A stretch of DNA of 58,654 bases from Planctomycetia bacterium. Lineage in GTDB: Bacteria > Planctomycetota > Phycisphaerae > Phycisphaerales > SM1A02. Below, piece after piece: positions 37,757 to 47,222 of the stretch. Under the pieces are notes generated by a model that saw only the letters and a program-made list of their open reading frames with translations, did not search any database and had not been told where the DNA came from. Where the stretch lies: assembly GCA_005799205.1 (NCBI GenBank), contig SYHM01000181.1, positions 1 through 58,654 on the forward strand. The letters are read 5' to 3'. Both the position numbers and the translations under genes were made by a program. Positions within the stretch are counted from its first letter, which is position 1. Each line of letters starts with the position of its first letter.

Positions 37757-38572
37757 TCAGTAGGAAGCGGTTCCCTTGGGATTCCAGATCAACTTCGGCT
37801 TGTTCCAGTCGCCCAGCGGCTGCCCTGGATCGCGACTTCCCTGCATCGAACGGGTCGCAAGATCTGTCAGAACATGCGCGACGTGGCCATCGGCAAACGC
37901 GATGTGCCCTCCATCAAAATGGCGATTCGCAAACCCGCGCCAGTCTGACTGATTCACCGAAAGGTCCTGGCCAAAATAGGGATCGCTCGCCGGAAGTTCA
38001 TCCGCCCGACTGCGCAGCTCAAACATCAACACCGTCGCTGCACTGTCTGGGATCATCGCCATTGTGATCACCTTCTTCGGTTCGGCGACGAGATCGGCTG
38101 CAACCACATCATTCAGCCTCGTGTTCGGAACATAGTTGAAGCAGAATGAGCCCGCGCCGAAATCCCAGGGCGCCTCAGGGTTTGCAGCCGCACCCGGATC
38201 GATGAACAGCGATCGCATGGGTGGGATTGGAATCTCGTCTTGACCACTCAGGCTCATCGAGACGATTTCGCTGTATGGCTTCTCACCCGCAAGTTCGGCC
38301 ACCGCGTTGGCCCAGTACGTCTTCTCGGCGAGGTTCGTTGCCATATCCGAGACCGCTTGCATCCCCTCCCACGGCAAACGCTCCTTGTGCGTTGACGTGT
38401 AGTTAATGGTTGCCGCGCCCCACTGTTTCAAATTGGCCTGACTTCCAGTCGCGTTGCTCGCCTTTCGAGCGGCGGCGATTCCAGGAACGAGCAGTCCAAT
38501 GAGCAGCGCGATGATGCCAACCACCACGAGAATCTCGACGAGCGTGAAGGCTCTTGGGGCAGTTGACTTCAT
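37757..38572 (-). CDS. Prepilin-type N-terminal cleavage/methylation domain protein with DUF1559-like H-X9-DG C-terminus
   Basis: RAFTLVEILVVVGIIALLIGLLVP N-terminus. HFDGGHIAFADGHV near the C-terminus. Confidence 0.85.
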   Translation of the reverse strand: MKSTAPRAFTLVEILVVVGIIALLIGLLVPGIAAARKASNATGSQANLKQWGAATINYTSTHKERLPWEGMQAVSDMATNLAEKTYWANAVAELAGEKPYSEIVSMSLSGQDEIPIPPMRSLFIDPGAAANPEAPWDFGAGSFCFNYVPNTRLNDVVAADLVAEPKKVITMAMIPDSAATVLMFELRSRADELPASDPYFGQDLSVNQSDWRGFANRHFDGGHIAFADGHVAHVLTDLATRSMQGSRDPGQPLGDWNKPKLIWNPKGTASY

Positions 38573-38615
38573 GGTTCAATCCTAGCTCGCTCGACTCCAA
38601 AGTCCACGAGCTGGA

Positions 38616-40610
38616 TCAGCCTTCTTGTGTGAGACCTTCGGTCTCACTCGACGCTCCCGCGGCGTGGTCGGCGCTGACAAGCGACTCCCGATATCCGCTC
38701 ACGAGCTGCTCGAGCATCGCCCGAACCGCTCCTACATCGTGTTGATCGAGCGCTGCTTCGAGTCGGTCCACGCTTGGTTCGAGCGCCTCCCACGGGATAA
38801 ACCGCTCGTTTGCCCGAAGAATCGATGGGTGCTCAGTCGGTCCACAGTTATCTCCAATGAGCAACTCTTCGAAGAGCTTTTCGCCAGGCCGAAGACCAGT
38901 CGTTTGAATCTCGATATCTCCGTCGGGGTGATCGGCGCTCTTTTCGCGATATCCCGCAAGCCGAATCATGTTCCGCGCAAGGTCGATGATCTTGACGGGC
39001 TCACCCATATCGAGCACAAACACTTCACCGCCCTCCCCCATCGCGCCAGCCTGAATCACGAGCGATGAGGCCTCGGGGATCGTCATGAAGTAACGAGTGA
39101 TATCGGGATGAGTCAGCGTGACTGGACCACCTCGGCGAATCTGGTCGGTAAACAGGGGCACAACAGATCCGCTCGACGCGAGCACATTGCCGAACCGAAC
39201 CATCACGAAGCGCGTCTTTCGCACTGGCTTTGCGTGAAAGCTCCGTGCACTCGCTTGGCCTCGCCCGTGCTCTGCGAGTGCTTGCAGGCACTTCTCGGCA
39301 AGCCGCTTGCTCGCTCCCATCACGCTGGTGGGGCGTACTGCTTTGTCCGTCGAGATGAGCACAAACGACTTCACCCCAAGTTGCTGCGCGACCTGCGCGA
39401 CACGAAGCGTTCCGATGACATTGACTGCGACCCCCTCGACCTCGTTCGCTTCGACGATGGGAACATGCTTGTACGCCGCTGCGTGGTAAATCGTCTCGAT
39501 CTTGTGATCCCGGACAACTTGCTCGAGCCGCACCCGATCAAGAACCGACGCGAGCACCGCGACGATTTGAACTCCGCTCGCTTCACCCACAAGCCGTCGC
39601 AGTTCGTTCTCAATTGTGTACAGGTTCAGTTCGCAGCTATCGAGCACGACGATCCGACGCGGACCCTGTCGCAGCACTTGTCGAGCAATCTCGGACCCAA
39701 TTGAACCACCCGCCCCTGTGACAAGTACGTTCGACCCGCTGATATTGCGCGCAAGGAGTTCGGACCGCGGCTCGACTGGAGTTCTCCCCAAGAGATCCTC
39801 GATCTTGATAGCCCGCACAGCGTCCGTTCGCGCCGTCCCCTCAGCAATCTCGCTGAGCGTTGGAACGAGCATGACGCGAAATCCAAGTGCTGAGAGTTCT
39901 TGAAACGCCTCTCGGCGCCGCCGGCGGCAGGACTCTGGAAGCGCGAGCAGAATCGTGTCGACGCGCAACCTGTTCGCGATCGAACGGATCTCGGCGGCGG
40001 GATACACACGCAAACTCCGAATCTCGGTTCCGACACGCTCAGGGTCATCATCGACGAATGCGACGATCATTGAGCGTTGATCCTGCGCGAGCATCGAGAC
40101 CAACCCAGCTCCAACATCTCCAGCTCCGTACACGATCATGCGAGATGCCTTCCCTGCCGATGCCCTTCGCAGCACAAATCGAGCCACTGCTCGCGAAGTG
40201 CCGATTCCAATCAGTGCGGCCATCCAGAATCCCACGAGTGCCGAACGCGGCAGTCCCTGCGCTCGGTCGGTCATGAGTGCAAAGAATGCAATCAACAGAA
40301 CTGTCGCCGTCACTGCACCAGCAACGCGCAGCGCGAATCGCAGTCCGACATATCGGGTGATCTCTCGGTAAAGCCCCGCGCCAAAGCAACACATCACTCC
40401 CACGACCGCTGAGCTCGCGCAGAGCCACATCAACGAGTTTCCTGGCAGTTGTGGCCACCAACTCTCGAGTCGGGTGGCGAGCGCGAGCCACATCGCCGCA
40501 ACGAAGCAGAGGCCGTCAACCGCGAGTGCGAGAACTTGCTTCCCCCGGCGAGGAATTCGATCGAGCGACGAATTCATCCACGCAGCGTAGTCGATGCTTC
40601 GAGCGAACAC
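38616..40610 (-). CDS. Membrane-anchored polysaccharide biosynthesis protein CapD/WbpM/PglF family (NDP-sugar 4,6-dehydratase)
   Basis: Four N-terminal TM segments. Rossmann IVYGAGDVG and VLVTGAGGSIGSEI. YHAAAYKHVP, VLISTDKAVRPTSVMGASKR. Confidence 0.88.
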   Translation of the reverse strand: MFARSIDYAAWMNSSLDRIPRRGKQVLALAVDGLCFVAAMWLALATRLESWWPQLPGNSLMWLCASSAVVGVMCCFGAGLYREITRYVGLRFALRVAGAVTATVLLIAFFALMTDRAQGLPRSALVGFWMAALIGIGTSRAVARFVLRRASAGKASRMIVYGAGDVGAGLVSMLAQDQRSMIVAFVDDDPERVGTEIRSLRVYPAAEIRSIANRLRVDTILLALPESCRRRRREAFQELSALGFRVMLVPTLSEIAEGTARTDAVRAIKIEDLLGRTPVEPRSELLARNISGSNVLVTGAGGSIGSEIARQVLRQGPRRIVVLDSCELNLYTIENELRRLVGEASGVQIVAVLASVLDRVRLEQVVRDHKIETIYHAAAYKHVPIVEANEVEGVAVNVIGTLRVAQVAQQLGVKSFVLISTDKAVRPTSVMGASKRLAEKCLQALAEHGRGQASARSFHAKPVRKTRFVMVRFGNVLASSGSVVPLFTDQIRRGGPVTLTHPDITRYFMTIPEASSLVIQAGAMGEGGEVFVLDMGEPVKIIDLARNMIRLAGYREKSADHPDGDIEIQTTGLRPGEKLFEELLIGDNCGPTEHPSILRANERFIPWEALEPSVDRLEAALDQHDVGAVRAMLEQLVSGYRESLVSADHAAGASSETEGLTQEG

Positions 40611-40677
40611 GAGAGAAAACTGCCCGATTCCACTTGACCGATAAGTGGCGACACCATCTCACTCACCATTTCAACAG

Positions 40678-40761
40678 TAGGCCCGCCGGGACTTGAACCC
40701 GGATGAGGGTGAACTCTGCGGATTTTAAGTCCGCTGCGTCTGCCAATTCCGCCACAGGCCT
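40678..40761 (-). tRNA. tRNA-Leu (anticodon UAA), class II with long variable arm
   Basis: Reverse complement folded by hand. Acceptor AGGCCTG/CGGGCCT, TGGCGGAATTGGCAGACGCA D region, anticodon arm GCGGA-CTTAAAA-TCCGC, T arm CCGGG-TTCAAGT-CCCGG, discriminator A. Confidence 0.88.
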
Positions 40762-40859
40762 GTGCGCATTCCGTCGCGGCGATGCGTGTGATTCACTGAT
40801 GAGCGTATCCCAAGTGCGAATGAGCGCGCGAAACTCTGTCACCAAACTATCCTCAATCG

Positions 40860-42032
40860 ATGCCCTCGTCGGATCGTTCGCCGCCTCTTACTGGGATCAC
40901 GGTAATCGATCTAGGACGAGTTCTCGCAGCTCCATTTGCGACTTCAGTGCTTGCGTCACTCGGGGCGCGTGTCATCAAGGTTGAACGGCCAGGGCGCGGC
41001 GACGATGCGCGTGCATTCGGCCCACATCACAAGGGAAGGAGCCTCTATTTCACCAGCGTCAACTGCGATAAAGAATCGATTGCCCTCGACCTGACGAACG
41101 ATGGCGACCGGCAAGTGTTCGAAGCACTGCTGAGCGGCGCCGATGTGATGGTGGAGAACTTCGCTCCTGGCGTCATGGCAGCGTTTGGATACAACTGGGA
41201 AACCCTTCACGCGCGCTGGCCCCGATTGATCTACGGAGCCCTCTCAGGATTCGGTCAAAGCGGACCGCTCTCGTCGGCGCCAGCCTACGACATCATCGTG
41301 CAGGCGCTCAGCGGGATGATGGATTTGACTGGGACTCCCGGCGGTCCCCCAGTGCGGGTTGGCGTTTCGATGGGAGACCTGGTCGCGGGCCTTTACATGG
41401 CACTCGGTGTCGTGAGCGCGATCCACAAACGATCAGCCACTGGATCTGGATGCCTCATCGATGTGGCGATGCTCGATTGCCAGATCGCCTTCCTCGAGGC
41501 GGCTGTCACGACCTTCACCACGACACGCGTCTCACCGAGGGCGCTAGGGACACGACATCCGTCGATCGCCCCCTTTCAGGCATTCCACTGCAACGATGCA
41601 TGGATCGTCATCGCCTGCGGGAACGACAACCTCTTCAAGACACTCTGCGATGCAATCGGCCGAGATGACCTCGCGCGCGCGCCTCGGTTCGAGACCAACG
41701 CAGCTCGAATCGCGGCAGTCGATCAACTCGATGCGCAACTCACGGCGACACTGGCGACGCGCACCGCCGAAGAGTGGGTCGAAGTACTCACAGCTGCAGG
41801 GGTGCCATGCGCTGCGATCCAGTCGATCGAACAGATGGTGGCGATGCCGCAGGTCGCCGCTCGAGGGATGATCGTGCCGGTTGATGATCCAGAGCTCCCC
41901 GCGACGTGTGTCCCAGGCAACCCGATCAGATTCAGTTCGGTCACGCCCCGAAGTTCGCGCAAGCGCGCTCCGACCCTCGATGGCGATCGGGCGGCGATCC
42001 TGCAAGAACTCGCTCATCGTCTGGGCGGTTGA
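40860..42032 (+). CDS. Family III CoA-transferase (CaiB/BaiF)
   Basis: LTGITVIDLGRVLAAPFATSVLASLGARVIKVERP, VENFAPG, and a conserved Asp region GVSMGDLVAG. Confidence 0.85.
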   Translation: MPSSDRSPPLTGITVIDLGRVLAAPFATSVLASLGARVIKVERPGRGDDARAFGPHHKGRSLYFTSVNCDKESIALDLTNDGDRQVFEALLSGADVMVENFAPGVMAAFGYNWETLHARWPRLIYGALSGFGQSGPLSSAPAYDIIVQALSGMMDLTGTPGGPPVRVGVSMGDLVAGLYMALGVVSAIHKRSATGSGCLIDVAMLDCQIAFLEAAVTTFTTTRVSPRALGTRHPSIAPFQAFHCNDAWIVIACGNDNLFKTLCDAIGRDDLARAPRFETNAARIAAVDQLDAQLTATLATRTAEEWVEVLTAAGVPCAAIQSIEQMVAMPQVAARGMIVPVDDPELPATCVPGNPIRFSSVTPRSSRKRAPTLDGDRAAILQELAHRLGG

Positions 42033-42062
42033 GAATCCACTCGCCACTCGTAAACTCATGCC

Positions 42063-42479
42063 ATGTCTGTGGATATTGATCGAGCAACGCTTTGGTTTTT
42101 GACAGCCCGCGGGATGAGTGCTGCCTGCTCGAAGACCTCGCACGAAGTGCACTCGTCGGCTGCGGGGCTCTTTGCTCAATCTGTCCTTGGCTTTTCGGAA
42201 GATGTCTGCATCGAGGGGAAGTCATTCGCGCGAATGCAGCGCCTCTCGTTGATGGATTGCCTCGCCGGTGTTGCGGCGCTTCCACTTGAGATTCGCGAGA
42301 AGTTTCTCACCGGTGCACTCATGATCGCGCTTCTCGATCGAACGATGGACCCATCCGAGGTGCGGTGGGCTTCGGCGCTCGCGAGCGCAATGAAACTCAC
42401 TGCGGCGCAGGTTGAAGAGTGCTGCCTTGGAGCGCGCATCTTGACGGACATGCTGCATCCAGTGAGTCAAAGGGCTTGA
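42063..42479 (+). CDS. Hypothetical protein (138 aa); weak resemblance to a TerB-like helical bundle only
   Basis: ORF ends 3 nt before the start of the next gene. No diagnostic motif. LTGALMIALLDRTMDPSEVRWASALASAM is only loosely TerB-like. Confidence 0.45.
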   Translation: MSVDIDRATLWFLTARGMSAACSKTSHEVHSSAAGLFAQSVLGFSEDVCIEGKSFARMQRLSLMDCLAGVAALPLEIREKFLTGALMIALLDRTMDPSEVRWASALASAMKLTAAQVEECCLGARILTDMLHPVSQRA

Positions 42480-42482
42480 GCG

Positions 42483-43295
42483 ATGGAGGAACCTTCGGCA
42501 AACTTCGGATTCCTCGCAGCGATCGATCGGCGGCTCTCACGACTCGGGAAGCAGGCTGAGACATATGCCCACTCCGACCCCGAGGCATGCCTTTTCAAAC
42601 TGCGACTGATGGTTGAGATGATGGCTTCTACGCTCGCACGAGTCGCTCTCGGCAACGCCCTCCCCCCTGAACTTGGCGTCACTCTGGGCGAGCTCGAGCG
42701 GCGAGGGGTGCTCCCTCGGCGCGAGGCAGACAGCATGCACGCGATCCGACGCGATGGCAATTCAGCCGTTCACGGTGGAACTGCGCCAGCGTCAACGGCA
42801 CTTCGAAGGTTGCGCGATGCCCACTCGCTCAGTTACTGGTACACGCAGGCACTCACCCGAAAGCCAACTGGACCGCGACAGGAGTTTCAGGTGCCAGAAG
42901 CCGCGCGTCCTCATGGAGGAGTTGATCCACAAGTCGCTGCAGCAGAAGTACTTGAAGACCAGATTGAGCAGCGCAGACGACGCACTCGAGAAGCGCTGAT
43001 GCTCTTCCGCGATGAAGCAGAGCGCGTCGAAATGACCGCCCGATACCGCAGCGAGCTCGATGGACTTGATGCCGCGGCCGCGACTGCCGGAGAGTCCGAC
43101 TTCGACGCTGAGACGATGGCGCTCATCATCGCGCTCGAGCTCGAGCAGTTGCTCGAACATCCAACATTCGGACGAGCGAGTCGCGATGCGCGTCGCGACG
43201 CCGAGGCGCAACTCAATGCAGTCAAGCAACGGCTCGATGCGCAAGAGTCGACCTTCCGAGAGGCGCGCGAACGCTTGACGACTGACAATTTGTAG
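42483..43295 (+). CDS. DUF4145-like N-terminal domain protein with charged coiled-coil C-terminal half
   Basis: FGFLAAIDRRLSRLGKQAETYAHSDPEACLFKLRLMVE...MHAIRRDGNSAVHG matches the pattern I associate with DUF4145 (seen at N-termini of restriction-type enzymes). C-terminal half is rich in E/R/A heptad-like sequence. Confidence 0.6.
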   Translation: MEEPSANFGFLAAIDRRLSRLGKQAETYAHSDPEACLFKLRLMVEMMASTLARVALGNALPPELGVTLGELERRGVLPRREADSMHAIRRDGNSAVHGGTAPASTALRRLRDAHSLSYWYTQALTRKPTGPRQEFQVPEAARPHGGVDPQVAAAEVLEDQIEQRRRRTREALMLFRDEAERVEMTARYRSELDGLDAAAATAGESDFDAETMALIIALELEQLLEHPTFGRASRDARRDAEAQLNAVKQRLDAQESTFREARERLTTDNL

Positions 43296-43353
43296 GACCC
43301 CCTTCTCATCCGATTGCACGCGTGAGTACATTTGCACGCAAGGAGGATCGACC

Positions 43354-43632
43354 ATGGACGGCGACCTATCAGTTGATTATCTCGGTGACGGGTACTACGC
43401 ACTCTTTCGAGACAACGGCGATCGACGCATCATTGAATGTGTTGCTCCACGTGTGACTGACATCTTTCGAAATGTCGCGCGGCGCTTCGGCCACGATCAC
43501 CCCGTCGAAATGTCATACACGGCGCACCTCGTGTTCAAGATCGAAGCTGGAATCGACTTCAGTGCTGACCTCGGTGACCCAGCACAAGCGGATGTCGATG
43601 AGTATGGCTCGTACGACTCGAAAGAGTTGTAG
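43354..43632 (+). CDS. Small acidic hypothetical protein (92 aa)
   Basis: Canonical AGGAGG 7 nt upstream of the ATG, rare in this window. No recognisable domain. Confidence 0.55.
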   Translation: MDGDLSVDYLGDGYYALFRDNGDRRIIECVAPRVTDIFRNVARRFGHDHPVEMSYTAHLVFKIEAGIDFSADLGDPAQADVDEYGSYDSKEL

Positions 43633-43654
43633 CGACCACCTCCCTGACGACGCG

Positions 43655-44464
43655 CTACTTTCGCTCGCCGAACATCATCGCGATGCGGAAGACCAGTTTC
43701 AGTGCTTCGAGATAGACCCACGCAAGCGTCACGACAAGCCCAAAGGTGAGATACCACTCAGCAGAGGCTGGCGCTCCCGCTGTCACGGCATCCTGCACCT
43801 GTCGAAAATCGACGATGAGCCAGAGAGCAGCAACGATGAGCACCACTGCGTTGATGCCGAGCCCAATCAGCGCGCCGTTGCCCGATCCTGCCGCGGATGA
43901 CAGCGACAGAAATGGCATGCTCGCACCGAAGAGTGACATCACCATCGAGATCAGAAAGGCAAAGAAGATGCCAAGCGTGACGACCGAAAGCACCCTCTGG
44001 AACATCGCACCGCCAGTGAGAATGCCCATGCGAAAAAGCGTGAGCATTGCAAGCATCAGAGCGATGACGATGACGAACGCCTGAAGGGCGATCCCACCAG
44101 GGACGGCAATCTTGTTCGCAGCGAGGATTCCTTCGAGCAGCATCCCGAGAGCGCCGAGCATGAACCCCTGCGAAACCGAGTAGAGCACAGTGATCGATGC
44201 TGCCATGCGCGGTGACTTGCGGACAAGAAAGATCGACGCGATCGAAACTGCGAAGGATGCGAGAAATGCGATCCACATCGCCGCAGGAAATGCCTTCGTA
44301 ATGGGCACCGCCACGGCGCCAGAGATGGCCGCGAGAAGCACGCACCCAGCGGTCTTGTTAATGACTCCAGTGACCGTGCAGACGCGCGCGGATTGGTCAA
44401 CCTGACCGAGCGCACCTTCGAGAACAGAGTCTGCGAGAATTGGGTTGGATGAGACGAGTGACAT
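43655..44464 (-). CDS. Bax inhibitor-1/YccA family membrane protein
   Basis: N-terminal SSNPIL motif followed by about seven TM segments, typical of the bacterial BI-1/YccA-like family. Confidence 0.7.
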   Translation of the reverse strand: MSLVSSNPILADSVLEGALGQVDQSARVCTVTGVINKTAGCVLLAAISGAVAVPITKAFPAAMWIAFLASFAVSIASIFLVRKSPRMAASITVLYSVSQGFMLGALGMLLEGILAANKIAVPGGIALQAFVIVIALMLAMLTLFRMGILTGGAMFQRVLSVVTLGIFFAFLISMVMSLFGASMPFLSLSSAAGSGNGALIGLGINAVVLIVAALWLIVDFRQVQDAVTAGAPASAEWYLTFGLVVTLAWVYLEALKLVFRIAMMFGERK

Positions 44465-44467
44465 GGA

Positions 44468-45325
44468 TTAGTTCTCCTGGCGAATCTGGGCCTGCTGCAT
44501 TGCCCGATGAATTTGCTCAACAACAACTTGCTGATGAGCCATATGAAACGTGAAGTCGAATGACACACCGATATAGGTGCGCTGCGAACTGTCGAGGTGG
44601 GTGTGGACGACCTTCCCGGTCGCGACCAATGGAACGGGATGGTTGCGGCCAAGTGGAATCTCGATCCAGAAGATTCGATGACGACCCAGCACCGCCGAAT
44701 CCTGCGGCTCGACTCGCAGTCCAACACCACCGCCGCCAACGTTCATGAGCGTGGCAGAAAACTTGGGACCGACAAGTGGCATCGGTGGCGCACCGCCCGT
44801 CACTGCCGTTCCGGCGACAAAGGCATGGAACGCCGCATCGTTGGCAGTTTCTGCAGCGATGATCGTGCGCGGATCGAGGAGCGGCCAAACGCTCACGCTC
44901 GGGAGGTTGAGCTCTGAGGCTTCGACACGAACGAATCGACGCAGACACCGCTCAACATGATCGGGTAGTTGCAGTCGCATGCATGGACCGCGCGAGGAGG
45001 CAGGCCGCTCATCTGAGATCTTCGTGGAAGTGAACTTCCACCGGTTCTGCCCAATGGTGATGGCGCCGACAAGCGGCATCCCGTCGTCGATGTGAAATGT
45101 CTTGCCAAGCGCAACTGGCGCTTCGACCAACACCGACTCCTCTTCAAGCGCAACAATCTTCAGCCGCCAGACGAGGTCGGCAGATCCTGCGGCTTCAAGT
45201 GGATCGACCTTTGGCGCCGATGGGCTGCCCGCGCGCGCGATCGAGACTTCGAGGGTGCCCCCTCGCTCGAAGACCTGCTGCATACTTCTCTTCCATTCAG
45301 TTGTCCGCGACCTTGATGCTGGCAT
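44468..45325 (-). CDS. PilZ domain protein (YcgR-like two-domain architecture)
   Basis: RRFVRV (RxxxR) followed by LMNVGGGGVGLRV (D/N-x-S-x-x-G-like). Confidence 0.7.
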   Translation of the reverse strand: MPASRSRTTEWKRSMQQVFERGGTLEVSIARAGSPSAPKVDPLEAAGSADLVWRLKIVALEEESVLVEAPVALGKTFHIDDGMPLVGAITIGQNRWKFTSTKISDERPASSRGPCMRLQLPDHVERCLRRFVRVEASELNLPSVSVWPLLDPRTIIAAETANDAAFHAFVAGTAVTGGAPPMPLVGPKFSATLMNVGGGGVGLRVEPQDSAVLGRHRIFWIEIPLGRNHPVPLVATGKVVHTHLDSSQRTYIGVSFDFTFHMAHQQVVVEQIHRAMQQAQIRQEN

Positions 45326-45380
45326 GGTCCTTGATCATAGCCGCGCTCCGCGTCGCTCGGTCACAGACACTCGATGCGCC

Positions 45381-45800
45381 TCACGAGCACCTCGCGACCC
45401 AGACCACCAGACTCAAGGCCACGAGCGCAATGGCGGCGATGCGACCCCCTCGCACCATAGCGCTGCCCATGGCATCGATCGCCCCGGTGCGGACAAGTGC
45501 AGTCGCTTCGGCATCCTCGTTGCCGACATCGACAGAATCCCAATCAACGCTGTCAGAGAGGAACTTGTTCTCGCGAAGTGCGTCATTCGCCCTTTCAAGG
45601 TCACTCATGCGCACCTGCACTGGAATGCCGCCGAGCAACCGAGCTCCAACTGCATCGAGCCCGAGCGTTCCGATCGCAGCGCTGAACACCGCGACATCAA
45701 TCTCGCGATCGCGCAGGATTGCTGCGACCGTCTGCGCCTCGAACTCACTGGCCGCGAGGTAAGCCGTCACGAGCCCATCTGGGTCGGAAGTGGCATTCAT
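45381..45800 (-). CDS. DUF2007-like small protein with C-terminal TM segment
   Basis: LVTAYLAASEFEAQTVAAILRDREIDVAVF resembles the DUF2007 fold signature. C-terminal hydrophobic IAAIALVALSLVVWV. Confidence 0.5.
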   Translation of the reverse strand: MNATSDPDGLVTAYLAASEFEAQTVAAILRDREIDVAVFSAAIGTLGLDAVGARLLGGIPVQVRMSDLERANDALRENKFLSDSVDWDSVDVGNEDAEATALVRTGAIDAMGSAMVRGGRIAAIALVALSLVVWVARCS

Positions 45801-47200
45801 GATGCACCGGTCTGTGGGGGTTGAGCCCCATCCACTTCGCGCACTCGATCGATCGCGAGCAGCAATGCATCGGCATCATCGGGATCGAACATCTCATCGC
45901 CAATCTCGACTCGCCAATCGGTCACGCTCGAAGTAGCCATCGTGAAGTGAGATCCAGGTCCAACGTCTTGTCGAGTGATCGGTTGATCGACAACTGCCAC
46001 CGTAAGCGCATCATGATCAATCTTTTGAACACTGAACCACGACTGCTCAATGCGATCTCCCGATGTCCCTGGGACTGGCGCCTGCACCGTGAACCCTGCA
46101 CGAGCAAGTGCTTGGAGGCGTGGATTTCCAGTGCGAATCAAACTCGCGAATGCGGTCGCGAAGCTCACCCATGTCGCCCTCGCGCGCCGCTCGGTTGACC
46201 GCACACTGTGCTGAGTCATATAGAGCACGGCCTTGCCTGCCTCGATCCGCTCGACGACTTCGCGTGGCCAGACCCATAGTGATCGAAACTGCCCGAGTGG
46301 CATTTCTGCGCACACGACTGCACGAGGCAGTGCAAACTCGCTCAATCCATGATCTCGAGCCTGAACGCGCCACGGTTCCGACCCAGCGGCCGTTGGATTC
46401 ACGCATGGAGTGACATCCCCTACTTTCTGAAATCGAACGACGAGGTCATCACCGACCTCAAGAGTCTCGCCAGGGTCTGGCATTTCGTTCTCAAGCAGTA
46501 GCCCCGCGAGCGTGTGCAAGAGCACCGCACCCGACTCAGAATGCGCGCGTGGCACCTCGACGAGTTCGAGTTCGGGGATGCCGCAGCGTGAGAGCCCGCA
46601 CGTTCCGAGCAAGACAAGCGTTGTGTCTCCATCGGGAAGTGCCTCATAGCGACCCAGCCGCCACAGCAAGCGCTCGACCGGCGCGGCATCCTGCGCAAGA
46701 AAGTCGCGGTCGATTCGCGCACGGGGGTAGACCTCACCTGTGACGACGTCAAGGATCGCCACGACGTCTGGCAAAGCTCCCCCGAGCAGCCCGACACTCA
46801 TGAAGTACTCCTCAGCGGGCTCGTCTGAAGAGAGAATCGTTTGCAATCGAATGACCCAGGGGGACTGTGACGCGCTCTGACCGATCTGAGCGCGATCGCC
46901 ATCTGAGAGGTCGCGCGAGCGTTCACACCAAATCACAAGCCCTGACTCGATCCCAGGAATCTGCACCCCAAACGCCCAAATCGCATCATCGTCCGTTTCG
47001 ATCGCGTCGATGGCGACTTCGCTTCCAACCCATGCCGCGATCGCAGTTGAGAATTCTGAGCCGGTCAACGCCTCTTCGTGAGGCCAAAAAGCGACAAATC
47101 CACTCTCCTGCGGCTCAACCTCCCATCCGTGCCCTGGGTGTTCCTCGGCGTGATCATCGGGGTTCGTCACTAGAGGTGAAGCGTAACCACTTCGCCACAC
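45797..47200 (-). CDS. Hypothetical protein, DUF4026/DUF2314-like
   Basis: C-terminal EQSWFSVQKIDHDALTVAVVDQPITRQDVGPGSHFTMATSSVTDWRV resembles DUF2314. 4-nt overlap with the downstream gene. Confidence 0.55.
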   Translation of the reverse strand: MWRSGYASPLVTNPDDHAEEHPGHGWEVEPQESGFVAFWPHEEALTGSEFSTAIAAWVGSEVAIDAIETDDDAIWAFGVQIPGIESGLVIWCERSRDLSDGDRAQIGQSASQSPWVIRLQTILSSDEPAEEYFMSVGLLGGALPDVVAILDVVTGEVYPRARIDRDFLAQDAAPVERLLWRLGRYEALPDGDTTLVLLGTCGLSRCGIPELELVEVPRAHSESGAVLLHTLAGLLLENEMPDPGETLEVGDDLVVRFQKVGDVTPCVNPTAAGSEPWRVQARDHGLSEFALPRAVVCAEMPLGQFRSLWVWPREVVERIEAGKAVLYMTQHSVRSTERRARATWVSFATAFASLIRTGNPRLQALARAGFTVQAPVPGTSGDRIEQSWFSVQKIDHDALTVAVVDQPITRQDVGPGSHFTMATSSVTDWRVEIGDEMFDPDDADALLLAIDRVREVDGAQPPQTGAS

Positions 47201-47222
47201 TTCTCGAGCCCCGATCGACCAT

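Noticed and set aside
43633-43654. GTAGCG…CGCTAC inverted repeat between convergent genes as a terminator
   Set aside because: It has a 6-bp stem, an 18-nt loop and no U-tract, so there is not enough support.
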